From Lytechinus pictus (taxonomy: Eukaryota): a stretch of 64,000 bases of DNA. The stretch covers positions 28,832,001 through 28,896,000 of the forward strand of contig NC_087245.1 in assembly GCF_037042905.1 (NCBI RefSeq), read 5' to 3'. The notes under the pieces are model-generated. The model was not told where the DNA came from. It searched no databases and saw only the letters and a list, made by a program, of their open reading frames with translations. The position numbers were made by a program, and so were the translations under genes. The stretch's first letter is position 1. Each line of letters opens with the position of its first letter. This document shows positions 40,832 to 53,682 of the stretch, one piece after another.

Positions 40832-43800
40832 TTGTTAGTAAATAGGCATATACTCAACAATTTGATGATAAAAGTAAACACTTTACCATTAAACAAGAAT
40901 ATATATATATGATATATATTGCTGAACATCAAAATGCCTAAACAGATACCTATTCATGAGCATAAATATTTAATGTTTCACGCCCATTTTTGTCAAAACA
41001 AGGAGAAAAGGGCGGGCCGTAGCGCGAGAACCGACGGACCAATTGGACTTATTTTGTTTTGTTTTGTACGTGGGCAATGGTGAATTGTATGTGTACCAAA
41101 TTACGACGAATTCTGAGACGGTCGGGTGCAACAACTGGGTGAATCCAGATGGAATGACCCTATAAGCTAATTTTCTGAAGTAAGCAATAGATGATTTACT
41201 TTAAACGAATACAGTTCTGGACGCCATCTTGGATTTCCAGGTACCCTGGATGACGTTTTCTTTACACTATAACCTGTCTCAATAGATTTTGTTTAACCCA
41301 TAGTTTCATCAAATAGATACTTATACCCTATTAAGGAGTTTTGACATTTCAAAAACTTAACATCCGTTAAGATTTTATGTTGACTTCGCCGCCGCCAAAG
41401 TCATTGCTGCCGTCGGAAAAGCGACGTCCATGTCTTGCTTCTGTTATGCTGGTGAGGAAAAAACGGCGAATTTGTTAAAGTTATCACAATATGATTTTGC
41501 CAGCTTCGCCCCAAAATTATCAAATATTTGGCCATTTTATTTATTAATCAACAACCGTGAATCATGGCAGCCATCTTTGAATTAAAGATGGCTGACGAAT
41601 CAATCGGAAGTTTTATGTTTGCATCCCTGGGTATCAAAAATATAGCATAGACCATAATTTCTGAAACATAATCACCCATAGAAATGATTTAATAGGGGAA
41701 ACTGCATTCAAAATACCGCCAATTTGTTTTTGTTTTTTTTGCCGAGTTGTGGATGAAAACGTCGGAATCAAGTTTGGCAAACAGCATTTTTGGATTCAGC
41801 ACCCCTGAATTACCTCAAAACGATTGATAAATCAGCATTAACACAAAATGCCCAAAGAACTTTTTCTGAGCACATTTAAAAAATCTGGACCTGACTAGTG
41901 AAAGAGTTTTTAATAGACAGTCTACACAGTTTACGTATTTGATTGTCTAATATTGTATCCCTTTTTTATCATTTATCATGAGGTAACTGATGGTTGGCTT
42001 GGTGCCAAGTCGAAACAAAGACATTTGTGGGATGTGGCTGGGGTACCAAATAAAGACAGATGGAGGGACATGGGTGGTCTTTTCGAAAAGAAATCAGCTT
42101 ACCAGTCATGGGTAACATCCTCGTTGGTTGTTTCGTTAACCTCTCTTACTTTTGGTCACCAACCTCGTTTATCCCTCTCTCAATCGATAGATACGTGTGG
42201 TGTTCCATCAGCACTGAATGATAGCACTACCGGTGGTGCAGCCCGGATCGTTGGTGGGACTCTAGCACCAAACGGGAAGTGGCCGTGGATGGGTTCGCTT
42301 CGGAGCGGAAGATCACACCAGTGTGGCGCCGTCTTGATACATCAAGAATGGGCCATTACGGCTGCTCATTGTGTGTAAGTACCACAACATTCATAATTAT
42401 GTACCTTGTAAAAACTACTTCCGAGTAAAATCCAATACATGGTGTCTGCAATAGCTTATGGGGTGTTGCAAGACACTTGCAATCAATTGCAAGTCAATTT
42501 CTTCCGTCTGTAAATGACTATTAATTGCAAATTTACACTTGATTGCTGATATGCTTCTTGGAACAAGAAATGAAAAATAATATTGCTACAGTTGGTATGT
42601 CATTTATAAAGTAGCATTTGAAATTTCCAGTTTATTTCAAATATTTTCTTGCAACATCCATCTAGAGACAACAGGAGGAAGAATCACTCTGATGATAATT
42701 AGAGCAGCCTCCTGGAAGTTGGTCTCTGTTGGAAATGTTACTGCGGCAGTTGGCAAAATGATTCAAAATCCTGATGCCAATCATGGCACAAGGGTTAATC
42801 TTTCGGTATAATAGGATTAATAAAGTAAATTTATATTAGACAACTCTGAACTAATTACTGTCTAAAATGCAATTGGAAAACGTTTAAAATGAGCTAACCC
42901 CAAATCTCCCTAGGAGCTTCGAAAGTCGAGGAGTGGCCTTTCGTTGAATTCAGTGAAACAAAGTGGAGAAAAATGTTCCAAGTCCGAACTGAGGTTTGCA
43001 TCGAAGACGCATCTAGGAAGTTATTCCTAAGCGGATTGCTATAACGTATAAATTTGAAATCATGATTCCTTCCATAAGAGATATTTGTCTATCATGTTCA
43101 TTCGAAAACAGAGGATTCTTTGATAACATCGTTCTTGGGGACAACGATCTCGCTGGCACCACAGACACCTCGCCATACCGGGTTGAGCGCAACATCCAAC
43201 ATTTTTCAAATCTAGACTTCAACCCCGTAAACGATGACGGTGACATTGCCCTAGTCCGCCTTACGGAACCCGTGGAGTTCAACGATTACATCCAACCTCT
43301 CTGCATCAATACGTTGACGACGGAAATGACGTCATTCAATAACTGCTTCGTCAGCGGATGGGGCACTGATGATATCGATGTTCGTAAGTTTCAAGCGGGT
43401 CACTGGCTACAATTTCATTCAAGTCTTAATGTGTAAAAAAGAACCTTGATACTCATTGCAATAGCGATTTATGGCTGCATTTCTCGAGACATACAAGCAA
43501 AAAAGCAAACTAACTGATCATGTTATGACATCATCTTAAGACGGAATTTTTTTTGTGATTCATAATTATGTACACCTGCTAGTTTCCATTTCTTCCAATT
43601 TTTTTTTTGTCCCTTACCGGTATCTTGATCCAATCGACTTTGAAAGATGATTATGTCTACCATAATTGTTCATATCCACAATTGATTATCTTTCAGAAGC
43701 ATCAATGAGATATCTAATGGACGCCAATATTCAGATGTTTAACAGGAGTATTTGTAGCGAGTGGTACACTGATATTCACGCCATAACTAATCACCATATA

Positions 43801-45233
43801 TGTGCAGGGGAAGAAAACGGTCGTAGGGACTCTTGTTCGGTAAGGGGCATTTAATTTGACTTCTTAAATAAAGGTTTCAAGTGATGTCACTTATTAGTGA
43901 TAAAGATGAGATGGTGATTTAGATCCTCGTAATTTTAAATTGCATTTAAAGTTCCTGCCATCATGAGGGGTTTTACAACGGAATGTGAAAAGGCCAGTGT
44001 TGTTTCCGAGGCCAAGGCCGGATCACCCGAGGACAAGGCCAAGGCTGGATTTCCCGAGCCAAGGACAAGGCCAAGGCCGACCCATCCGAGGACAAGGCCA
44101 AGGCCGGAATGGTGGAGGCCAGAGCGATACCGAACATTTTTTTTTACAGTATATGCATGTGCACGTGCACAATGATTGCAAAGTCGAGTCTTCGCCACGT
44201 CATTGTCAGTGCAGCATATGCATGCTAGCATTTGCGCGGCATGAATTGGCTTGAAATCAAAATAGAAAGACAAAAGAAAGTAAGATAGAAGGGTGTACTC
44301 ATACAGGTGGATGGGCGTACTCGACAGTTGACTCCCCTCTCTCTCTCTTAGTTTCAATAATATTAGAGAGAAACTGACAACATTCGGCATTTGCACACAA
44401 TTCTCCCGTCCTCGAGGACGAGGCCAAGGACGATTTAGCGGACTCGAGGCCCAGGCCGGCCTCGAGACCCACAACACTGGAAAAGGCAGATGCATTGCAA
44501 GGACAAAAGTTTCCAGACAAATTTCTGGTACTATACTGATTATGTTTCTTGCTATATCATGAGCTTCATAACATAGCAATATTTCCTTTCTTCTCTCTCT
44601 CTCCCCATCCACCTATTTCTCAAGAGATTCATATTTAACAGGAAGACATGTAAAACTTACATGTATACTGTTTTATTTAAAATCAAATTTGTACGATGAA
44701 AAAGTGTGAATTTGGCCATACTCCTAAATACTATGGGAAAAAAATCCCACCGAGGCAATGCATTCAATTCCAACAAAAAGTTTTTTTTTGTTATTCATCG
44801 TGTTCATGTTGCATATCAAAACACAATCATATAAAGTTACATTCCACTTAGGGCCTAGAGTATTGTTGTTCTTTGCCTACATTTGCAATTATACTCCGCT
44901 ATCTTCAAATAACCATTTAAGGATATCGAAAACTTAGAAAGCGATCCGAAGGTACAGATTTTAAGGAATGGTGACATTGCTAGAATGACCTTAATAATTA
45001 TCATGATTTGACAATAACAAAAAAAAACGTGTTTCCTTATTTTTTCTTTTTACTCCCAGGGTGACAGCGGTGGCCCCCTTCAATGCCAGGATGACCAGGG
45101 AATATGGTACCTATTGGGTGTGGTCAGCTTTGGTCAGGGTTGTGGTGAGGAAAAACTGCCCGGTGTCTATACCAGGATATCTACGCAAATATCATTCCTT
45201 CAGGGCATATTAGACACAAATTTAAAATCATGA
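26649..45233 (+). CDS. Gene C: type II transmembrane serine protease (TM - SEA - Ser/Thr mucin-like stalk - trypsin-like S1 protease), 782 aa
   Basis: Exons 26649-26654, 27492-27801, 32305-32337, 34239-34348, 35271-35338, 35945-36114, 36765-37643, 42191-42374, 43112-43383, 43697-43839, 45060-45233 total 2349 nt, phase-consistent and open to [31 protein letters not shown] with [11 protein letters not shown]; activation site R-IVGG; triad motifs TAAHC, GDIAL, GDSGGP; S1 Asp in RDSCSGDS. A probable non-coding exon ends at 25734. Confidence 0.92.
28016..30179. mobile_element. hAT-type non-autonomous element hosting nested insertions
   Basis: Ends CAGAGTTG...CAACCCTG with a perfect 8-bp TSD GACACACA (28008-28015, 30180-30187). 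Confidence 0.75.
28279..29098. mobile_element. Tc1/mariner-type fold-back MITE, 820 bp
   Basis: TA-CAGTGCGTCCCAGAAAAAACG...CGTTTTTTCTGGGACGCACTG-TA. Arms of about 345 bp are nearly perfectly complementary around a spacer of about 125 bp. Confidence 0.9.
30975..31900 (+). mobile_element. 5'-truncated, degenerate CR1/L2-clade LINE (ORF2 C-terminus plus 3' UTR)
   Basis: Translates [18 protein letters not shown]...[40 protein letters not shown]...[13 protein letters not shown]...FKSKLK with a stop and frameshifts; ends in an (AATA)n/(GAAAT)n tail. Confidence 0.8.
32732..33335. mobile_element. Kolobok-like MITE (TTAA TSD, AGG...CCT ends)
   Basis: TTAA-AGGACAAGTCCACCCC...GGGGTGGACTTGACCT-TTAA with long imperfect inverted arms. 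Second copy at 47929-48514; degraded relatives near 1860-2340, 23690-24190 and 49320-49880. Confidence 0.8.
36238..36540 (+). mobile_element. tRNA-derived SINE, family 1
   Basis: GGTTCGAATCCC B box and CCCAGGTGAGGTTAATGGG core, followed by an (ATT/ATC)n tail. Confidence 0.7.
37870..41897. mobile_element. Non-autonomous DNA transposon of about 4 kb with internal tandem repeats (Academ-like ends, tentative)
   Basis: Terminal AGTCAGGTCCAG.TTT / AAATCTGGACCTGACT, imperfect subterminal inverted homology, and ~160-180-bp repeats carrying AATCCAAGATGGC..CCAAAAT (about 38300-39400). Confidence 0.65.
40081..41160. mobile_element. Fold-back MITE nested in the 4-kb element
   Basis: TATA-GGGTCATTCCAT...ATGGAATGACCC-TATA, outer arms of about 190 bp, and an inner hairpin at 40699-40980 around (TA)n. 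Confidence 0.85.
43995..44479. mobile_element. hAT-type MITE in the last intron of gene C
   Basis: CAGTGTTG...CAACACTG with a perfect 8-bp TSD GAAAAGGC (43987-43994, 44480-44487) and subterminal AGGCCA-type repeats. Confidence 0.88.
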
Positions 45234-45715
45234 CCATGTATTTGAAAGACGAAAGCAATATTATGCAATTGGTTCATTGTCATGTCATCTTACGTAAACT
45301 AGGTGGAAAATTGCTTTTAATGTTTTTGTATTGTTTTGAGATGAGCATTGGTTTGAAATGAAAAAAAAATGGGTTGATTTTTCGGTGAAAATAAATTTCA
45401 TGGAAAATTTCACCTAACATCTGATCCATGCTTATTTTTTTCATGAACATGGAAATTCCTTTACCAGAATTAGACAAAAACGAGGTATGTTTCTCTAATT
45501 TGATATAAAATTTAAGAGATGTTCATCTGTGCGGAAATACTCATAACATTCTAATTGCTTCGGTTGAATAATTGAAATACCCATTCTTTCATCTGTTATA
45601 GGCCCAATATACTCAGACCTACCTTCTACTTTGTAGCTATCTCATGATTAGGGAAGAAATGGATTACTGAACTACGTGGAAATTACACTTGATAATTATA
45701 ACTTGCAAATACACA

Positions 45716-45970
45716 ACGGGTTAAGACTCGTTTTTCAATCTGAGAGACGTGGGCTCGATTCCCAGCCATGGCATGTTTTCCTTCAGCAAGAAATTTAACC
45801 ACATTGTGCTTCACTCAACCCAGGTGAGGTTAATGGGTACCGGCAGGAAGTAATTCCTCAAATAGCTGTGAGCACCGGCGGGAATCGGTACACTTAGTCG
45901 GGGTAATATAGGAGCGCCTTGGAGAACGTGGATACGTGCGATATACAAATCCTATATTGTTTTTATTATC
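45716..45970 (+). mobile_element. tRNA-derived SINE, family 1
   Basis: CTCGATTCCCAGCCATGGC...CACTCAACCCAGGTGAGGTTAATGGGTACCGGCAGGAAG. Confidence 0.7.
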
Positions 45971-46619
45971 ATTACATTCAGGAGTAAAAAAAAACGAACC
46001 ACAATTATATATATAATAAATATATATTTCAGAGCTATATATACAAAATATGTCATCATTCACGTGTTTCAATATCATGATGCTATTAAGATGGTAATGC
46101 AAATTACCTAACCATCCCATTCATGTCTGTTTTGAAGAAACATGAGTGTACGCAAAAACCGAGGACAATTGTCATTGTATAATCTTATATCTAGATCTGG
46201 TGCAGTTACATAATCTGAACATTGTGAAATCATAATATATCTCAGTTTTAAAAACGGTTATAATGAAGAACGCCAACAGATAATAAGAACACATGGGACA
46301 GTGTATCATTATGTACTGGGAAAAGACCCGAAATCTGGCTCGAATCCCATGCTTAACGTTTCAGTTATGACATAATTTCAGAAATCCTTTGCCACGTATT
46401 GTTTTATTTGTACATACAGACACTTGGGTGGCAATTTTATGAGATTCTTGCACGAACTCATTTTGAAACGATGTCTGGCATCTATCTATGAGTGATATTC
46501 ATCTTTATATAACATTTATTTTTATATTCCTCATGTCTTGAGAGGGAAAGGATGATTCATAATTATACTGATAAATGTTGTGATATGTAACTTGATATAA
46601 AGATGTATGGTACCCTGCC

Positions 46620-46950
46620 GGCAAATTGCCAATTTGTCTACTACCAACTCGTCCACTTACCATATCATCTATTTTCATTTTGTCTAATGGTCCAACCATC
46701 ATATCGTCTATAAACAAGCTGGTCCATCAAAGTCATTTGCATTCATTTTGCACAATTAACACTTAGTCCAATTAGACCAAATGGTATATGGACTAAATGG
46801 CTATTGGATCAACTGGTTATTAGACGAAATGGTGAGTGGACGAAATGGCAATTGGACCATGTGGATAATGGACGAACTGATGGTAGACCAAATGATAGAG
46901 GACGAGTTGGCAATAGGACCCACTGGCATTAGACCAATTGGAAATAAACC
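46620..46950. mobile_element. MITE with GG...CC ends and ~15-bp subrepeats (Merlin-like, tentative)
   Basis: Flanks ACCCTGCC / ACCCTGCT (7 of 8 match) and repeated (T/G)AGAC(C/G)AA units in inverted arrangement. Confidence 0.55.
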
Positions 46951-47928
46951 ACCCTGCTTTTATCTTGTTAATGTTTTAAATTGTATATTTCTTATTTTCT
47001 TATCAGGGATGAATGATATTGAATAAAAACATTGTTTATCATGAATAAATGAATCCTCCAAGTTTAGTCAATTCATTAATGTTATGAGAATGGGCCTGTA
47101 TGAAACTAGTGATTTTTCTCTTTTTTGTGAGATTTAAGTGTAAAAGAAGCAGTCTCGACTCTTTATTAATTGAGAGCAATGGCGAAATGAGCACACACAC
47201 AAAAGTTAAGGGAGCCAGGCAAGGAGTGTGGGGCAAAACTTACAATGTAGAGCTGCGAGAAAGCGAAGAGCGAGCAAAAATTTTGACACTTGAAACATAG
47301 AACTCTAATTTTGTGACTTCTGTTTTACATAACGTACAAAAGTAATATCACATTTCACCCCGCTTTACTTCCTTTTTATTTCACTTTTTTTTTCATGGTG
47401 GTGAAATTTTTTTAGGGAGTCCATGGCTCCCACGCCCCCATCTTTACGCCAGTGAAGTGCAGTCGGGTAGAAGCCGCGCGTAGCCGACCCAGGAACTGTG
47501 TACATGTAGCATTAGCTCGACAGGCCTAGAGTAGGACTAGATCCGGCAACGTTAGAGATTTGGTCTAGATTACTTAGACATCAGCAAGGACTAGGTCCAC
47601 AATTTAAAGAGGGATATAAACAAATATATCGGGCGTTTCCTTCGAAAGCATAGTGGGAATTATTAATCCTCGGTTATACTGGCAATGTAACTATTTTTCC
47701 CTCGGGGGTTCGCCCCTCGGGAAAAATAGTAATTGCCAGTCCAACCTCGGATAAATAATTCCCACTATACTTTCCCAAAGCCTGATATATTTCTATACTA
47801 TTATGATAACTTTTCCATCCAATGCTAACTACCATGTTAACGCTGATCAACAGCCAATCAAAATCAAGAATTCCATGCAAGTTACCATTGCTTGCCTTGG
47901 CAAAGTTACCATGATAATGGTAACTTAA

Positions 47929-48514
47929 AGGACAAGTCCACCCGAAGAAAAAGTTGATTTGAATACAAAGAGAAAAATCCAACAAGCATAACACTGAAAA
48001 TTTCATCAAAATCGGATGTAAAATAAGAAAGTTATGACACTTTAAAATTTTGCTTAATTTCACAAAACAGTTATATGCACATCCTGGTGGGTATGCAAAT
48101 GAGGAGTCTGATGACGTCATTCACTCACTATTTATTTAGTATTTCACTATATGAAATAGGGAATATTATATTTTTCTCCTCATTGTCAAGTGAAACAACG
48201 ATTAATTCCTCCCTGAACATGTGGAATGAGCATTGTTTAATACTATATGATTCAGTCCAGCTGGTCCTTATTGTCAAATCTATAAAAAGTGAAATATTGT
48301 ATAATTCAAACAATAAAAATCAAAAGAAATAGTGAGTGAGGGACATCATCGACTTTCTCATTTGAGTTATGCATATCACTGTTTTGTGAAAAATAAGCAA
48401 AACTTTTACGTGTTATAACTTTCTTATTTTACATCCGATTTTGATGAAATTTTCAGCATTTTTATTTTGTCTCTATTTATTCAAATCAACATTTCTCTTG
48501 GGTGGACTTGAACT
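47929..48514. mobile_element. Kolobok-like MITE, second copy
   Basis: TTAA flanks and close similarity to 32732-33335. Confidence 0.8.
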
Positions 48515-50539
48515 TTAAGGCAACGCGCGGGACCCAGTTAAAGGAAACCAAAAGCAAGGAAGAAAATCAATCTGACATTAGGGAGTAAAATGAGAGGAAT
48601 AATAAGAAAGTTTCATCAAATCCATTTTAAAGTAAGAGAGTTCTGGAAATTTAAATTGTCTTGTACTTTCTATGGGATCCTCAAATTTGCAAATGACTGA
48701 TTTTGTGAAGAACTCTCGTTCCCCATTATCTTTTAAATTGCATCTTGCCTCGTTCTGAGGACAATATTACGTCATGGGAAAATATAATCCACACCACGTT
48801 ATGTCTAGGTCAGGAGGAGGTAATGCGAAATATGTGAAATGAAGGAGAAAATCTGAAAATTTATGAACAAAACAAATGGAGGGTTGTCCATAAATCAGCC
48901 ATTTGCTAATTTGAGGATCCCAATAGAAAGTACAACAAGACTTATTAAACTTCCATAATTCCCTCGACTGATTTTAATGAAACTATTTTTATATTGTTCC
49001 TCACATTTTCGGCTCATTTTACTCTTTCCGATAAGAATGGTTCTCTCTTCTTGGGCTTTGGTTTCCTAAAAGGACTGGGCTGTTTGTGATGTATTGAGGA
49101 CTTGGGGGGGCGGGGGGGCGTTCGTGCGATTGCGCCGAAATTTGGCAAGCACATTTTTACCACATAAACTACAAGCCAGTATATAAACAAATATCCGAAA
49201 TAAGTATTTCGTATCTATTATAAATAAAATATGCAAATTAAATAATAAAAACATTATTTGCATATTTAACACCCAATTTCACTTCAAATTTTCATTTTTT
49301 TCCGGATGTCATTTTTATAATCTTATCTTGAAGGATTGGACAAAGCAAAATGCTGAAAATTTCATCTAAATCTGACAACAAATGACAGAGTAATTGAGTT
49401 TTGAAATTAAGCAATATTTCGTGAAAACAGTTATATGCACGCCGCATGAATATTCATGAGGTGGGCCGATGATGTCACATCCCCACTTTTCTTTTTCTTA
49501 TGTTACTTCATGAAGTCATAATTATTCGATTTTTCATACATGTGTGAATGATATGTCTCACCTATAATAAGCTAAGTTGCAGTAATGAATAGCTAATTCA
49601 TTAAATCAGTTGTCAATCGATTATTTTTTTTAGAAAAAAAATTGAATAAACCTAATTTTATGTAATCAAATACAAAGAAAAGGTGGGGATATGACGTCAA
49701 TCATTTTGCTCATTGAATATTCATGAAGAGATTCAAAGTTTAAACCGTTTCACCGCAATAATGCATTTTTTAAAAGAATATCACAACTTGTTATTCCTTG
49801 TCCGAAATTGATTAAACTTTTGGTGTTTTATTTTTTCTTTATATGTTCGAAAGATACCTTTTCCAGCCTGGAGTACCCTTTTAAGCGATTTAATATCGCC
49901 ATATTACTGACTTTGAGAACAACTAAGATGAATTAAAGAATAACAACACACAATTCATTTGATAATAGAATACTAAAGTTCATTGAACTTAAATGACCTC
50001 TGGGTATTTTTTTTTTTTTTTTTTTTTTTTTTGGGGGGGGGGGGGGTCGATGATCTGTGATCAATACTGGATTACCCTAATATGTCCAAGCATCATGAAA
50101 TAGATCCATGTATTAAAAGTTATGATGACGTTTCTAAAATCAAAAAAGTGAATGAATGTCAACAATTAATTGAAAAAAGGCACTGCTTGTAAGAATATTG
50201 TAATAGTATTAATAATTTACAAAATAAATTGGTATGAATATTAAAAGAGTAATATGAATTTATTTATCATTATTATATATTGGGCATGCATTTTGAGACT
50301 ACTATCTGACTATGATCAAATTGTTGCAAAATGGGTAAATGGGAATGCATACGGATTGGGGATTCCCCGTTTGTGTTCATGAACTTTGCTTTGTGATATA
50401 TCCTTGGAGATCTCACGTGCAATCGATCCATATTAAAATAAACTGTTTAATGTCAGACGCTACATTCACGATTCGTGTTTTCACCGATATTATTCGATGA
50501 ACAGAACCGAATGTGAATATTAGCAGAATTGTTACCAAA

Positions 50540-50617
50540 ATGGCAGATTTGATGTTAACTTCTCTCCACATTTATCTACAGTACTACTGATGTTGTATAC
50601 CCTAGCAACATGTTAAT
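50540..50617 (+). pseudogene. Disabled copy 1 of the gene D signal-peptide exon
   Basis: A 1-nt deletion (CTACAG vs CTACCAG) gives an early TGA, and AAA has become TAA. The GTAAGT donor is retained. Confidence 0.75.
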
Positions 50618-52434
50618 GTAAGTTCGCTGGCTTGTTGGTTGGTAAAACAAACATGAATGTGAATGAATGTGTTTGTGTTATGTGTGCGCCTTTGTACTTT
50701 TCGGTTTGGTATTCTTAGCAATATCTGAATCTTGAAAATTATGATTTTATTAACCCCATTTGTCAATAATACTCATTGTGTTGATAATGATGAAGATGAT
50801 GATAACGATGATGCCGGTGATGATGATGATGATTTCGAGGATGATGATATTGGCGATTATGACGGTGATGGTGATGATGATGAAAATTAAAACCCACGTA
50901 ATTCAGATAGTGATGGGTATTATACTCGACTGGTCGTTTCTCAGCCATCGAATAGGACCAACGGCTTTCAATCATCTCCGAGATATCGCTATGAGCGTGC
51001 ATTCATGCCTTACGAGGCCGAGGGAGTTATTTTATATGAAACTCACCGTGCCGATGGAATGCAATATCTCTATTTATTAACTTAGCACATAATACATGTA
51101 ATATGATAATTAAACGATATGATCACAATATTGAAAAAAAAAACAATAAAACTAGTTATTACGATGAATGGTGAAGATATTAATGATGATGGTGATGATG
51201 ACGTCGACGATGATGATGATGGTGCTGACGATGATGATGATTATAATGATAATGCCGGTTTTGGAAATAATCGAATTAGCGAAATAATCATTAACAAAAA
51301 TATTCATTGCCATTTCAAACACAAAATTATATGAAAAATAAACTTTTAATAATGATCAGCAGGCCCGTAGCCAGGAATTTTCAGAGGACGGTGCATAAGT
51401 CAAGAAAATGTTTTTTAATACAGTTTGGTAAATAAATAGTTCACATTATATTTCATCAGTGTAGTAAGGAGTGTTTCACAGCTAGACCTAAAAACGGTGA
51501 CATTTTATGCATTTTTTGTAGTAATGAACAGCAACAGGGCGGTCATCTTTCTAAATGAATAATGCAAGCGCAAAGTGTGGGCCGAAACTTTTTGGTTATT
51601 CGATTTTTCAATCTGAAACTGCAAAATTTTAAGCACTTTTGTAATTATAAACAAGATCATAAAGATCATTTCTAACTTAAACAACTATGCGAACGCAAAG
51701 CGCGAGCTTATTTTTTTATTTTACGAACTGGACACTCTATGCACTTTGTGTAACCATAAACAAGATTGGTATATACCTACAGAGTAATGCGAGTGCAAAG
51801 CGGATATTTAGTCACAAGCTTAATTCAGGATGGTTCTAGAATTATGTCTAGAATAATTTATATACTAAAGTTCCCAATTAATCCTAATTTTCTCTAGCTT
51901 TAAGCACCTGTATGTCGGCGTGTCTACAGCCGGGTAATGATAATACACCGCCCTATCACACGGTGAAAAAAATTGTAATTGAATGATGGTTCCAGTGATA
52001 AAATGAGTCAAATGACGTATTTTAGTACGTGTAAAACCAAACTAGAACATGATTCGAATCACGCCCGCCTGCAATCATCATTACAATGATGATTCAAGAT
52101 ACGCGTGTAAAAAGGCCGACAATCAAGTACCAAGCGTATTATAGTGTATGCAATTATAGTTGCTGCGCTATATAAATGGACAAAATTATTTTTTTCTGCA
52201 ATTCTAGATGGCATCCAAAATGCCCGCAATTTCCTGAATTCCTCATAACCCTAGAACCAGATCCTTGGACTACCAGATTCGAGTGTCTAAACCTAAGTTT
52301 TTGAAGATAAGGAACCAAATAGAACACTTTTTCAGAGACACTGAGTGCGAAACATGCAATTACAAATAAAAAATCAGCTGAACTCTTAAAAACAAGATGG
52401 TGTCTTAAGTGACCACTAATTATTCTAAATTTTT

Positions 52435-53340
52435 CAGGGGCGGATTCACGATGTTCTGAAAGGGGGGGGGGGCGGGGCAGATTTTCCCGAGGAAAATTTG
52501 ACAAGCAAAAAAAAAATTTCCTCACTTGTGTTTGAGCGACATTTTCCAATTACAAATTTATGAGTTACAGCGGCACTCGAAAGCTCGTGAACTTGAAAGC
52601 TAGTGAACACTTTTTGCGAGAGTGATCACGAATTTCCTTGTTGCCCATAGTAGATTGCGAGACAAATGAATACCCTCTAGCGATTATTTCAGTCCGCAAT
52701 AATGAACCTATTTAGTATGTAACGTCTTCATGGTTAACTGCAAGCAGTAGGTAGGCCTACCTTTTCGATCAGTTCAAAACGTGTATCAACAATTTCTGCT
52801 CTCGCTTTGCGTTCGTATTATAAATAGTTGCATACACATCTTTTTCAGGATAACAAAAATTGCCTAGAATGTCAAAATTTAAGGAATAAATGCATAGAAT
52901 TTCAAAGAAAAATTGCTTGCGCTTCGCGCTCGCATCATATAAATATGGATTATGATATATATTTATAATGATTTATAAGAATAAAGCGAAGAAGTAACTA
53001 TTACGACTACCCCTTCAAAGAAAAAAATCATGTTCGAGCGGCCGATCGGGGAAAATATGGCTGATTTTTTTTTTCAGGATAACAAACATTGGCAGAATGT
53101 CCAAATGTTAGGGGGGAAAAAAATTAAAAAAAAATTGGCACGCTTCACGCTCGCATTATATATATAAGGATTATGAAGTATATTTATGTTGATTTATAAG
53201 AATAAAGCGAAGAAGTAACTATTACGACTACTCCTTCAAAGAAAAAAAAATCATGTTCGAGCGGCCGATCTATGAAAATATGGCTGAAAAAAAATTCCGC
53301 CGCCCCCCCCCCCTATTTGCGAAGGCAGGATCCGCCCCTG
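52435..53340. mobile_element. hAT-type MITE (CAGGGGCGGAT...ATCCGCCCCTG), repeated in each array unit
   Basis: 11-bp terminal inverted repeats and an internal ~225-bp tandem duplication. Copies at 54192-55059, 55911-56779, 57631-58503 and 61156-62400. No TSD. Confidence 0.8.
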
Positions 53341-53603
53341 ATTATCATATATTGAGCATGCATTTTGAGACTACTATGTAACTATGATCAAACTGTTGCA
53401 ACATGGGTAAATTATGGTAATGCATACGGTGTTGGGATTCCTCGTTATTGTTCATGAATTTTGCCTTGTGATATATCTTTGACGTGCAGTCCATGTTGAA
53501 ATATACCGTTTAAATGTCAGACGCCATATTTATGAGCCGTGTAATCAATGATATTATTCGATGAACAGAACCGAATATGAATATCAGCAGAATTAGTACC
53601 AAA

Positions 53604-53682
53604 ATGGCGGATTTGATGTTAACTTCTCTCCATATTTATCTACCAGTACTACTGATGTTGTGTAACCTAGCAACGTGTAAAT
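53604..53682 (+). CDS. Duplicated signal-peptide first exon, copy 2
   Basis: MADLMLTSLHIYLPVLLMLCNLATCK plus a phase-1 GTAAGT donor. Confidence 0.45.

Noticed and set aside
43935..44612. 225-aa minus-strand ORF
   Set aside because: It spans a TSD-flanked MITE with low-complexity repeats and shows no domain signal.
50760..51334. Poly-Met/His/Asp ORFs (also near 58987 and 62901-63769)
   Set aside because: Translations of (GAT)n microsatellites.
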